A stretch of DNA of 64,000 bases from Amoeboaphelidium protococcarum X5 (GCA_023515725.1 JALDTO010000098.1:1390164-1454163), one strand, 5' to 3'; counted from the stretch's first letter, positions 11,421 through 23,580 are shown. Numbers and translations: made by a program. The notes: generated by a model not told the origin, from the letters alone.

Positions 11421-13835
11421 ATGGTCTATGAAACAACGCGCAAGTGCACTTTGAGGCAAGCCCTGAACATGAACCAGGCATCCAAGAAGGAGCTGATATC
11501 CTGGTTACGTGTTGCATCTGAACATTTGTCGTCCGCGTCAAGGTTGGTCTACATTGCGCTGAATGTTTGGCACGAGCGTGGTGATAAGATGCCTGATCTC
11601 TCTCATCAACAGGCTTTTGCTAATATGCTAGAATTTCTAGTAAACAGCCAGTTTAATGTCGCTCGCCATCACCCTGAAACAGTTACTCATATTGACAAAC
11701 TGGCTGAATCTGTTGGGGCTGCTGCAATGGCGCGTTTGAAGCACCCAAGTCTTGAAGGTCCTAATCCGAATTTGTATGAGTATCAGTCACGACATATGAT
11801 TGCGGCAGTTAAGTGGCACTTGACGTAGACTTTGTTTGACTACCAGAAACGCGTTCTTAAAGTATAGTTAGAGCCGTTTGGTATTACTGGTGGTAAGCTG
11901 GTGGTGTTTTTAATTCTGCTTAATACTGTAATGACTGAAGGCAAATCTTTGGCAAAGGAGCACCTGGATGCGAGCTTTCTGGATATTGATCCAGACACCC
12001 CAGTCCAACTGTCTGCGGACGACGATCTGTCCTCTGAAGGTGAAGAAGTTAATTCTACTTAACAACTGAAGCAGGATGTTTTGGATATAATTGGTAACAA
12101 TGAGCCTCTCTAAGCGTTGATCTAAGTACACCGCGAGTTTCTGCTGGACATTCTGTTCACGTCATACCAGAAGAGAGAGCCGAGGCAGCGTCGCCAGCAT
12201 GTAAGAAATCCCAATCCAAGATCTTTGTCAGTCTTGAAAGTGGCTAGGAAGAGCCGAGAGGTTAAGAGTAAGAAACCGGTGGCTCCCAACAAGAAAGTAG
12301 CTACTAATATGGCTGGACGGGCAGGCAATGCTTTTGAAAATCTTCATGGGCAGAATGTGCTATTGAAATATATGGAGTATTTGCAGCTGACAGCAAATAA
12401 TTTGGAGATTAAGAGCTTCGATTGTCTGCCTATGGGAACTGATTAGCCGCGTTATATCAAGGTGGACAAAAGAATTTTAGTGTCAGCTATTGGGAAGTTG
12501 GAACTTGCAGTGAACGATCGCTAATCGTTGTTGGCCAAGAACTATGCAAAAGACTTTGTGAATCTCAAGTCTGTAAAATTGGGACAGAAAGGCAAAGCTT
12601 TGTAAGAGATCAGTCTGTCTACCGATGGCTTTGGCTGTTCCATCACAGTTGCGTTGAATAAGGAGTGCCCTCCTTATGCCAACACAAGGGAGGACTTACT
12701 GGTGAAAAAGTCTAGGTCGGTGGATGTGTCTTAGATGCGTGTTGGTGCTGTGGCGTTGACCAACTGCAAGTAATTGGGGTCGCGCGTGCAAGGAGCTAAT
12801 GTAATAGGTGTTGATCCGGGTAAGATAAATGTGATGGTGTGGACTGCTGGCCCTGTCCTTGCTGCTGAATCTGAGGCTGCAGCGCATCGATAGCTGAGAT
12901 AGACTGGGCGCCTCACTGCTAAGCACTGGCGTAAGTTAACTCTGGAGTCTTAATTCGATTCTGCTGAAAGATAGTTCAAGTCGTATTACCCTGAGGTCTT
13001 ACAATTTGAAGCACGGTTGTCTCAAGTAAAGAGTAAGGCTGAATATCTGCAAATCTATCTGGAGATGCATGAGCATGTTTGGCACTACTATTGTGCTCCA
13101 TTCCACCGTCAATGGCGTCTGAGAAAGTTTTGTGCAAGACAATCTGCCTTTGATAATGTCGCGAACAGCTTGGTACACAATCGTGAGATGCCATCTGCTC
13201 CGCTGAAGGACGACTACTACCGTCGCTACGCTGCGCATAGGCGAAAGAAGAGGCTGCGTTAAAGTTTTGGTCGGATGCTGGATCCAACAGTGCCTGCGGG
13301 TGATCGTCCAAAGCCCCCGGTGATCGCGTATGGTAATGCTGCTGTCTAACACGTAAAGAAGACTTCTCCTGTTCCTGTCCGTGGGTTTGCCTATAAGCTT
13401 AGCCGTTGCGCGCTGGTGGTGATGGTGCCTGAGCCGAATACCTCAAAGTTGCATGCTCCCTGTCATCAAGAGATGCATATGCAGAACGTTGGTGTTATGC
13501 GCTGCCATCACCGACATAAGAAGAGGAGAATCGATGGTCATCGCCGACCCGTCTTTTGCTGTGTGGCTGAAGGAGAAGATGGATAACTGAATGTTTTACA
13601 CGCTGCTGGATAATGTCCCGATCGTGAACGAAAAGTGGTGCAATCAAGGCTTGGCGTTTGCCAGAATTGTCAAGTGGAAGGTGTCACCGTTTTTGTTGAT
13701 CGAGATGTTAATGCAGGTGTTAACATGCGAGAAGTTGTCGTCTACTACGCTGAGCACTGGGAAGACAAGGCAAGAAGAAATTTCAGGCCTGAGTGGAATT
13801 ACCGCGCCGTAGGGCGCATTCGAAATATACAATGA
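11421..13835 (+). CDS. Fanzor1-type (TnpB-like) RNA-guided RuvC endonuclease, 804 aa, intact
   Basis: Four supplied ORF fragments share one frame, joined by TAR=Gln. Motifs FDCLP, TDGFGCS, VIGVDPG (D465), VIAYGNA, VMVPEPNTSKLHAPC (E671), CQNC, VDRDVNAGVNM (D762), RPEW. Confidence 0.92.
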
Positions 13836-13929
13836 AATACTTGTATGTAACAATGAAAAATGAATATTCTAGATATATGACAACCAAAATGCCTAGGCCT
13901 TTACGTTTTGTCCCTGTGAACAATCCATC

Positions 13930-14090
13930 TCTCCCTACTCCGCGGTGAGAACGGCCTCTTTCTCATTTGGATCGGGCCTGGGTCGAGTTCGCAGATCTTC
14001 ATTGTCAAGCGGCCCAGGCGGTCTCGGCCATTACGATTAATTTTAGGGTCGCCGTCGCAGTGTTGCCGAGTCTCTTTATTTATTTGCATT
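13930..14090 (+). ncRNA. Candidate Fanzor1 omega-RNA (scaffold plus flank-derived guide; ends approximate)
   Basis: GC-rich island after the ORF with three hairpins: 13946-51/13960-65, 13976-85/14010-19, 14023-28/14065-70; G-U pairs favour the + strand. Confidence 0.65.
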
Positions 14091-14145
14091 TGGACAGTAT
14101 TTAATCATAAACGGCAAGATTTGATATTGCTTAAGAATATTGGAA

Positions 14146-15087
14146 ATGAATTCGAGTAATGCTGCCTACAAAGCACCTGAAGATGATTCCCGATGCTCCA
14201 CATGTAATTCGTCTGCTGGTTGTTCACACCGATCCCGCCAAAGTCAGTAAACCGCCAAATCGTCATCCTTGGACTCTACACCCGCCTCTTCTTTCACCAT
14301 ACGGTCTGCAAACAGTGGCCTGGTATGCATACTGAATAATGAAGAAGAAATGGAAAGCGATATCATGATCGATGGCGATAAAGATGACGACATTGCATAG
14401 CGATCCTTTGACAAAGTCGCTGGAGGTTTGCCGTCGATTGAATCTGCGCTTGTGAACAATTTTGATTTTCGGTCGCTGAACCGAACCACCCGAGATTCAT
14501 CCATCGCCCCTGCGGCTTACAATGCATAAAATTCATAATAACAAGGACTTGGTGTATAACTTAAAAATGCTTAAAATTAGAACTATTAATAGCTTGATAG
14601 GCCATTCGGAGAAAGCAGTTAGAGTTACCATCCCAATTAAGACGCCATAGGTAATCATCCATTCGCCGATCATTAAGTTCGTCCTGATCATCATACATAT
14701 TATTAAACGTATTCTGACTGGTCTCAGGTTAATCCTCATTCGTAATAACAGTAGTCTTATTCCCGTAACGCGATGTCGATAGATCCGTCAGAAGGTGGTA
14801 GTTCATATAATGGGGAGCACGCTAATGACTAATAGTATTTATCTCATTCGCCAAAGTCTGCTAAATCTGATGAGAAGAGGCACTAGTGCACCTTTCCGGG
14901 CTGTACAGCTAAATTTCAGAATCGCGGCCACGTTGAGAGGCACATGCGCGTCCACACTGGCGAGCGTCCGTTCCCGTGCAAGTTTCCGTAATGTGATAAG
15001 AAATTTAGTAGGCGCGATAACATGCTGCAGCATTATAGGACTCATTTGCATCCTTCCTCATAAATGTCCAATTCAAAATAACAGTGA
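14146..15087 (+). CDS. C2H2 zinc-finger transcription factor (two C-terminal fingers)
   Basis: HQCTFPGCTAKFQNRGHVERHMRVH-TGERP-FPCKFPQCDKKFSRRDNMLQHYRTH. Confidence 0.9.
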
Positions 15088-15326
15088 ATTTTGATGTAAA
15101 TCATTGAGCTAAATAAATAAATAATTTAAGCGCAGATAATTTTGTAACAATCTACCACTTTTACGCCACTTTTTGATGCCCTTCATCTCTCACTCTCTTT
15201 CTCGGTGTGCAGCGTCAAGTCGCGACATCCGTCTCATTACTAAAACCATTACGATTTGGTTACAGTAGCGCTTTTCAACTTATTACCACATTTACTGAGT
15301 CTCGCAGAGTAAACTAACTAGTATTA

Positions 15327-16835
15327 ATGAACAAGGCTATTGTTCAGGTTGTCAATTCCACGTTGAGCGAGATCTAAGAATGGGCTACCTATGGGTACTC
15401 CAAGATACCTCTTGCTCCGCTGGCGTTGCGGTACGTAAAGAACTCTTACCAGAATGACCCATTTAGAATTATTCTGGAGGTTATGCTGATCATTTTTGCT
15501 ATTCATTATATGCTCAAGAAAAGATACTATCCGGATAAGAGTAGCGAAGTCTAGCTCACAGAGAAGGAGATTGATGAATTGGTTTAAGAGTGGTCACCGG
15601 AGCCGTTGGTACCTGAAGATGACTCTAGCTCGCGCCAGGAGTTGGAGCAACTGCCCATCATTTAAGGACCCTCTGGAGCTCACGTTAAACTTGAAGATGG
15701 CATAGAGTATATGAATATGATCTCCTTTGATTTCCTCGGTATTGGAATGGAGAGCAGTATTCACGAGTCGGCTATATAGGCACTACGCAAGTATGGTGTT
15801 GGCGCGTGTGGGCCGCCTGGCTTTTATGGAACTCTAGATGCTCACTTGGATCTTGAGAAGAAGCTGGCTTAGTTTATGGGCACCGAGGAAGCTATCATTT
15901 ACTCGCAGGCATTCTCCACCATCAGTTCCGTTATTCCGGCATTTTCTAAGCGAGGCGATATTCTTGTGGTGGACAAGGGAGTGAACTTTGGCATACAAAA
16001 GGGTGTGTAAATTTCTCGAAGCGTTATCAAATGGTTTGATCATAACGACATGGATGATCTTGAGCGCGTTCTGCAATAGCTGGCTGTTGAGGAGAAGAAG
16101 AGTAAAAAGGGACTGGTTCGAAAGTTTATTGTGGTGGAAGGTTTGTATCAGAACTTTGGCGATATTGTCCCTCTTCCGCGTCTTGTTGAGCTGAAAAAGA
16201 AGTACAAGTATCGAGTGATAATGGATGAGAGCATGTCCATTGGAGTTCTGGGTAAGAAGGGTCGTGGCGTGACTGAACATTTCGATATCCCAGTTACAGA
16301 TATTGAGATAATATCAGGATCCATGGCTAATGTCTTGTCATCTGCAGGTGGTTTCTGTGTTGGAACTCACGAGGTGGTGGATCATTAGAGGCTTTCCGGT
16401 CTCGCGTACTGCTTCAGTGCTGCTCTTCCCGCTATGATGGCTGTATCTGCGAATGGAGGTGTGAATGTTATTGAATAAAAAGGAGAGTCATTGATCAAGA
16501 AGTTGAGGGATAATATTGGCAAGTTTAGACAGGCATTTGGTGATTCTAAAACGGCGATTCTAGTAGGTGACTAGAAGAGTCCACTGATGCATCTGAGATT
16601 AAATAAGATTTTTAATACAATCAGTGAAGAAGAAGTGGCTCTATAGAAAATAGTTGATAGAATGAAAAAGTCGCAGCAAGTTCTCGTAACTAGAGCCAAG
16701 TACGTTCGCGACTAGGAACTTTATCCGCCAAAGCCTAGTATAAGAATTGCGGTGAGCGTAGGCCACTCCTCTGTTGAGTTACAAAAAGCTGCCGCTAGTC
16801 TCAGAAAAGCTGTAGATGAGTTAAAGTTGAATTGA
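15327..16835 (+). CDS. LCB1: Serine palmitoyltransferase subunit 1
   Basis: [48 protein letters not shown]. Confidence 0.95.
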
Positions 16836-16908
16836 ATTGTGTAGAATGAGAATATAATCATTAGTTATTTATTACCTAGCACATTATAATGTTTTATTCT
16901 CGATAGAA

Positions 16909-17630
16909 TGGAGTTGCGTTTATTCCAAATCGCGTCATCGTTTATGTACTTGAGGCAATGCTTCGGACAGATTAAAGGTGAAGCTAGATATATGTTCTAT
17001 TGTCCTTCTACCTATTTACAACAAGGCGAGTTCTACTTTTCATATTTTAGGAAGAACGAAGATGTGGTAATGTGCCTCATAGCAACTCAATGATAGGACG
17101 CAAGACTTAGTAAAATAAAAATTGAATTTTCCAAAAAATATAGAATGCTCCAACCCAGAATTGAATGCTACAGGGAATGCACGTGTAGCGAAAAAGAGAG
17201 GCGAAAGGTGCAACCGGTTTAAGCACCTCATTTACGCCCATTATAGACCTCTTTAGAATAGCACACGCGCATTGCGGTACTACCCTCAAATTTTGTCGTG
17301 ATTATCCCGCGCGGTCCATGCACTCTCACGAGTGTTTAGGCACCTTTGATCACTAAGGATGCTATAACGGTACCACTAGACTTTATTCACCCTTTCGGGC
17401 GTATTAAGGAGCGGATCGATTGCTCTAGCTTTAGAAAAGTTTTAGTGGGCGAGTGTCGAAGCTGTGTCCTATTGATAGCTGCACTGACCATCTTGCCTTT
17501 CATCAACTAGAGGACTGGTTTACCACTCCATGGAAATTTAGGAAATTATCATTGATAAACCAGAGGATGTTGACGTGTCGCAGCGATGATCTGTCAATAT
17601 GATCGCGGGCGGCGACTTGAGTAACTCAAC
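16909..17630 (-). ncRNA. Unassigned highly structured non-coding region (one long RNA or 2-3 domains)
   Basis: More than ten nested helices. GAAA and GTGA tetraloops and G-U pairs favour the minus strand for 17295-17616; strand of the left domain is ambiguous. No long ORF. Confidence 0.5.
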
Positions 17631-18078
17631 TACACTATTGATAGTCAATACTTAACTACATTTTTGGATGCTATGCTGTTTATATAATACGTATATCATA
17701 GACAAATTACTCTTAAAACTGTGATACCATCTCTAAATAATGCGACATTTTTACATTTAGTTATCATGTCTGCATGTCTGCTGAATTGAGATTAGCGGTG
17801 CCCCAAGCTTCGTGATCATCTAAGGGGTCATTGATTGAAAGGGGACTCACATTGAAGTTCAAGTGAAGATGATGAGCAATGCAGACTTCTCGACTAATGC
17901 TGGTAAACGAATGCTTTCGTCAACTAATATTGAAGATTCATAATGTAAATTTCATCAAGGGATCGTTATCATGATCAATTGTAAAAATATAGACGCCTTT
18001 CAGAGAGCAGTATATTTCTCCAAATACAGATATCATAACATGAAAGTTGTGTTGATGTACAAAACAAAAAATATAGAT

Positions 18079-18150
18079 TGCTCCAACTCAGAATTGAACT
18101 AAGGACCTCAACATTACTAGTGTTGCGCACTACCGCTGTGCTATTGGAGA
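18079..18150 (-). tRNA. tRNA-Thr(AGT), with a U1:C72 mismatch
   Basis: TCTCCAA-TA-GCAC AGCGGTA GTGC-G-CAACA CTAGTAA TGTTG-AGGTC-CTTAG TTCAATT CTGAG-TTGGAGC-A, then a T6 terminator. Confidence 0.9.
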
Positions 18151-18177
18151 CGGAATTATCACAAAAATCGAGGTTTT

Positions 18178-18466
18178 TGACAGACTATGTACGCAGTTGG
18201 AGCAGACGAAAAGCTATACACAAAGACTCGCAGTCAAACAGAGACACCAACGGAAGCCTAAAAAGATAAAATATGTTAATAAGATAAGTACTCTATTAAC
18301 ACGGTAAGTGACAGAGACTAATGTTCATAAGAGGCGCGCATATATACTGCAGATACTTGCCTATTCGAGACGTCAATGATGAAAGAGGCGCGCTCCTAAA
18401 ACAATGTTAGTCATATCTAAGCTCCTCAAAGTCCACTGTTGATATTTAATAGATGCGTCTTCTACA
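18178..18466. mobile_element. LTR-like dispersed repeat, copy 1 (27 bp upstream of tRNA-Thr)
   Basis: TG...CA ends; clear homology to 41906-42139 (gtcaaacagagacaccaac, aagataaaatatg, aatgttcataagaggcgcgca). Confidence 0.7.
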
Positions 18467-18599
18467 AGGTCGGGCAATTTAAGGACCTAGCCCGGGTCAA
18501 ATGCTAGTGGAAAAGACATCAAAGCCATGCTTCGCGTTGTAAGACTAACTTATCAGGCAAGAAATCAGCAGTTAAAACACATAATTATAAACACCCGGG

Positions 18600-20874
18600 T
18601 CAAAATTTAAATATTCCCGGCTTGCGCTACGTCCCCACACAGTTTCTTCTTGTACATTACCCTGCATGTAGTCAAAATCATCAGAAGAATCACGGGCATC
18701 ATCAATGAAACTAGTAGTATCATTCTAAAGACCATCTTCAGGAGCAATATCACCATCCGGAAAATCCTTCTACCGGTTCATTTGCTGCAGTGCTTTTCTT
18801 GGTCTTATAAGATCCAGATTCGGCCAGTTCTTTCAATGGGCATCTTCTCCAAATTCAAACTTTGCAAACTTCTTGACAGAATCCCATAAGTCCATACAAA
18901 CAAAAAGAGTCTCCATCTTCTTGCACCAGTGCTCTTCCTTTACCCTTGTCCGGTGTGAAACTAAGGAAGTCTGAAGTATCAGCTTCTGTCTAGCTACTGG
19001 TAATTTTAACTTCAACACCTAGGCTGACTACTCTTAGAAATTTTACGCGAGCTGCTTTACATTCGTACATGGACCTTCCACATGCTGCTCAAATACTTCT
19101 TTAGATATTCTGACTTACGACGCGGGCTTGGATTTATACAATACTCATACCAGGATACAACTCCTTGCACGGCTTTTTACCACCCAGCACAGACATATCA
19201 AAGATCGAGGGGAAATTGTCCTTGCTCTCTCGCTTATTCTTACCAAAATAATCGTATGCTCTGCTTTATATTTATGGAATGTAACATGGAAAGGTGACAA
19301 TTTCAGATCAGGACAAATGTTAAACATAACCTTTATTGGCATGATGAAGTTATTAGAGGAAGTACATCACTTAGATAAGTTCCCCAATCGGCATCAGTAA
19401 TATCGGTAAAACGAACAGTAAATTTAAGTCGCCAATTGCTTCAGACTTATTCTTTAGCATGTAAGACCATAGTTTCCTTGTGGTCATGTCCATCAATGTC
19501 ATTACGTATTTAAATTCATGGAAGGGGCGGATATTGCACGGACTAAGATCTGACACCACGAGATCAGCGGATTGGAGTAAGTCGAATCAGTAGGCGGAAT
19601 AGGAGCACGTTAATCAGTCGTCATACTTGCGTAGTCGTACTCGGATTGGTTATAATATTCAGACGTCTAAGCAAATTGACTTGGGGACTTGTCGCGCCAT
19701 ATTTCATGAACTGCAGAATATTAGTACCATTCAAAAAGACCAACGCCTTGGTACTGATATTAGATAGCCAAAAGGTTACTAGCTACTTCTGCTAAATCTT
19801 ATTCTGACTATCCACCAGTATCACTGTTATGGTGAAATAGGTTTTAATTCTACAGTAAAAGTTAACGTCTATCTGGACTTTGCAGTGATTAAAGTACTAT
19901 CTTGCAAATTCACGTACACCAGTATTCTATTTATCGCAGATTTACGCAAAAGGTATCACAGTCCGGCGTGCTTGCTTCCAAGAGTTCCAGGCTCGTCGAT
20001 GCAGATCGTTTCTTACCAAATGGCTGGACGGACTTGTACCCCCTTGCTAAGCTTATCCACCTAAACTTCGCAGGACAAAAATATGACTTTCATTGTTGTG
20101 TCAGACTAATCAGGACGCACAGTAATCATATAGTAGTAAATCTTCAGCAATACAGCTCTTTCAGCAATAAGTAACTACATATTTTGCAATACTCCATTAA
20201 ATTTTGGCGTTACACATCGTTAAGAGTATGAGAAATTCTTTGACAAGGCACCATAGCAGTTACGATTTTAGTTTCCATATTTCAGTTTTTCAATAGTTTG
20301 ATATGTATTGATGCAGCTCTGATAACTTTGGCCAAGTGGTGCAGGCGATTCATGGCAAAACTTAAATTACTGTAATTTACTCGTTGCGATAAGAAGAAAA
20401 ATAGATCACGGTTGTCTGCTCGTTAAATTGTCAAGTTTTGTTTCACCTCGGCGAGCAATAACTTACTCAGATTGTATCTTTTGCCTACAATTGCGTTTAC
20501 GATATTCAGCTTATCACACTCAAACAATCTTAGTCGCCTGATTAATTGTGAAAGGCACTATCGCTGTGATTTTGGAGCGCCACTAGTGTATACAAGTCCA
20601 CCTGCGTACCATACCCCGTAACGTATCACGACTGATTATGCAAGTAGCAAACGATCTCGGAGTGTATAAAGTACATATAGCAACTATGAAAATAAATATA
20701 TGAATACGCAATTCAAGTCATGCGTAAGTTAATGACGCGACATGATTGCTACATGAAATTTGCCAAATCTGCTTTAGTTCACGCCTAACGACGGACTTTA
20801 GATGAAGCCTTCTAGAGCTTTTAGAGCTGCAAGCACAGATAGTCAAAGCAAGTCTGACGCGTATCAATTGTAAC
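18600..20874 (-). mobile_element. Degenerate Ty1/copia retrotransposon fragments; possible PBS 20572-20582 and 5' LTR about 20587-20874
   Basis: Integrase core VSDL..KYVMTLMDMTTRKLWSYMLKNKSEA (19371-19559); gag-like WCKKMETLFVCMDLWDSV (~18880-18930); TGGCGCTCCAA PBS-like sequence; frames broken. Confidence 0.65.
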
Positions 20875-20886
20875 ATTCCCGTTAAC

Positions 20887-21535
20887 TCAATACAACATAT
20901 TTATTTCTTTCATTTGAGCATCATCTTTACGAAGTTGATCCACAACAATCAAAGGATTAGCTACACCCAATTCTATGATAATGATACAAACTCAAATGAT
21001 CATTTTAATCTCAGTCTTACTCTCTATAACAAAGCCGCCCATTATTATCTTTTGCACAATAGACTGTACTATAATGGGATTAAATATGAGATCCAGTTCA
21101 CAGACTTTACCGAAATATTTATCAAAACTCTCAACAATCACCTACCCACGCAAAGTACTGTACGTGATGATGATGAAGAATAAAAATGACATTTTACCTA
21201 TATCAAGTCCAACGTTGCAAGCTCAGATTCTGCATCGCTAATAACCACAATGAAATAAAGTGTAGCATACGATCTATAAACAACGTATCGTGGATCATTA
21301 TCTGCACTTTCTGGGTGCCTGATGCAATTGGCATTAGATTTTGGTCGATCTTTAATCATTTAGAATAGAGTTTGCGCGTCCACTGCCTTTTAGCTCAATG
21401 ACTACACACCATACAAAAGAGGATGATGCATAATGCAATCACGTCAATATTATAATATACCTTTTCATCACTTTAGAATGATTGTGTAAATCGTATTTAG
21501 CCTTTATTATTGACAATTGATAGAGATTCAATCAT
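20887..21535 (-). CDS. APS3: Adaptor complex small (sigma) subunit, AP-3-like; three introns
   Basis: VVYRSYATLYF, ESELATLDLIQ|VIVESFDKYFGKVCELDLIFN, GGFVIETN. Confidence 0.8.
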
Positions 21536-21593
21536 GATTTTGTCTTTTCCAGTAAAGTCATAAAAGAGTAGAGATATAGACTCGGTTCAGTCA

Positions 21594-22546
21594 ATGCACT
21601 CACAATTGACTCGTTTAATATCGCTCCTTCTACAGGTAAAAATTTCTGTTTATTTATGGCAATGCGATATTTATACAAAATTGTGTAGCATAAGAGAGTA
21701 GTGTCGATAGTTCTGTCCGTGTTCGCTTACTGGAGACTTGGATCTGGATGGTTTTCGTACGCGTTGCATATCATTGATGCGTTCTTGATTGTCCTCAATG
21801 TGTGTGGATATGGAATTTATATTCTGAAAATATTAGATGATTACTGCTATGAAAATGACTTTGACGTTGCTCGAACGATTAATGTACTCCAGCTACTGTC
21901 CATCCTTACGTACGTCTCAGTCGTGTATTACTATAGTGATCTTCTTCTGTACGGTTGGTAGGAGCTCTATCTCACCGGGGCACTTTCTTTTGCATCTGGC
22001 GTAGCTATTGCTCTTGCATGTATTTGGACTATAATTGTATTAATTTCTATCCGCAAGTCCTAATAACTTTATATCAATCCTTTGGAGTGTTGTTTACTGT
22101 TGGCGTACTCGGTCCTTAATCTCACTTATTTGGAAAATCACTCTTCGACTCTGTTTTACATCATTGCACTGATTAGAATAGTCAATGCTTATTTTGCAGT
22201 TGGAATGATTGCTCATTTACAATAAGTAGAACCTGTGAGTTTGGCGTTCGACTGGTCAACTGACGCGCCAGAAGATTTGTCAACTGCTGATGTTGAAGAT
22301 CTTTACTCTGCGTTTAAGATGTACTTGATAAAGATCATGTTGTGGTTTTATACACTTGGCAATGTAGTGCTGTTATTAGCCTAATTGACGCTCTCATAGA
22401 AACCTTGGCTGTCTTCAATCTTTCTCAATGGCGATTAACAGTCCACTCCGATCGTTCTCAATATGGTTATTGTCAGTTTGCTTTACGTGTTCAACGCTTA
22501 CTATGCTGATGAAGAGTCTGTAGAAATGTATCTATATAACAGTTGA
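21594..22546 (+). CDS. Multi-pass membrane protein of unknown function (intron 21636-21688)
   Basis: Open frame with many hydrophobic segments; TGA at 22544. Confidence 0.6.
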
Positions 22547-22675
22547 TAAATGAAAAGTTTCATTTTTGTATGTTGTTTGGTCAGCAGTTTTGATTTCTTC
22601 TATTCATCTGTTTCAACTTTTATATTCCCTTGTTCTGACTGTTCATTCAGGTAGATAAAGCACTCTTATAATAAT

Positions 22676-23383
22676 ATGGCAGATTATCAAAGCGACAATG
22701 ACGGCACTAGACCGCAGGATCTAACACTAGATTAAAGACTGGACGCTGATGAGAACAGAAGGAATATGCTGGCAATGCAGGATCTAAATATTGAGCAAGA
22801 ACTCGGACTCCTCCAGCAGAGACCGAAGAAGGTTCGTAAACCCCAGCCGAAACTAACAGCTGAAATGTTGAAAGGTCCAAATGGTCTTTTAAAATTGAAG
22901 CAGCAAGGCAGACACATTCAATTTAAAGGGAAAGGATTCGAGAGCGATGACTTGGGCAAGTTGTTAATGTTCTACCGTGTCTGGGCCAATGACTTGATGC
23001 CAGCGGTGAAGTTTGACAAGTTTGTGCACGACGCGTCTCAACTCTGTCACAGTAAAGAAATGAAAGCCTATCTGGATGGATTGATTAGTCACGAGCGCTT
23101 TGGAACCATTGAGGTTGGGATGGAACAAGATGAAGACTAAGTGGGTGAATCCTTCGGTGATGTGAATAATTAATCGCAAGATGTCGATGAGTTGCAGTTG
23201 ATGTAGTAGTAGACTCTGGCATTGATTGAGCAGCGTAAAAGGGAACGCGAAGAGTTGGACAATGTCGCATCCTAGCATACTGGTGATATAGAAGTAGAAG
23301 AGCAGCCAATTCCTCCAAGTGATGATGACGAAGAGATTGACTTTCCCGTATTCAAGTTCCAACCAGAACCATCTTAAGATTGA
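22676..23383 (+). CDS. CSM3: Replication fork protection protein Csm3/Swi3/TIPIN
   Basis: KPQPKLTAEMLKGPNGL, FKGKGFESDDL..LLMFYRVWANDLMP..KFDKF. Confidence 0.85.
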
Positions 23384-23580
23384 CTCTGATGATTTCTTAA
23401 TATCGATATATCTTATCCTCAAATGTTGTTATGCTTATAGTGAATCTGCTTGATTGCGCCACTTTTACGACTCTTGACACGATCGAGTAACGTCCCGAAG
23501 TCTACCCAGCCTTTCTTTCATTATTTAAAAATCGAGCGATTTATACCAAATATACAGAATAAATATATATAGAATATATC

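Noticed and set aside
10190-14100. Terminal inverted repeats for the Fanzor1 element
   Set aside because: Best matches (aaatgcaaa, aaagaga) are 7-9 nt of low complexity.
17370-17450. Group I intron core (AAAGUCU as the P7 3' strand)
   Set aside because: The partner strand lacks the G-binding G, P4/P6 elements are absent, and the pairing is a simple extended helix.
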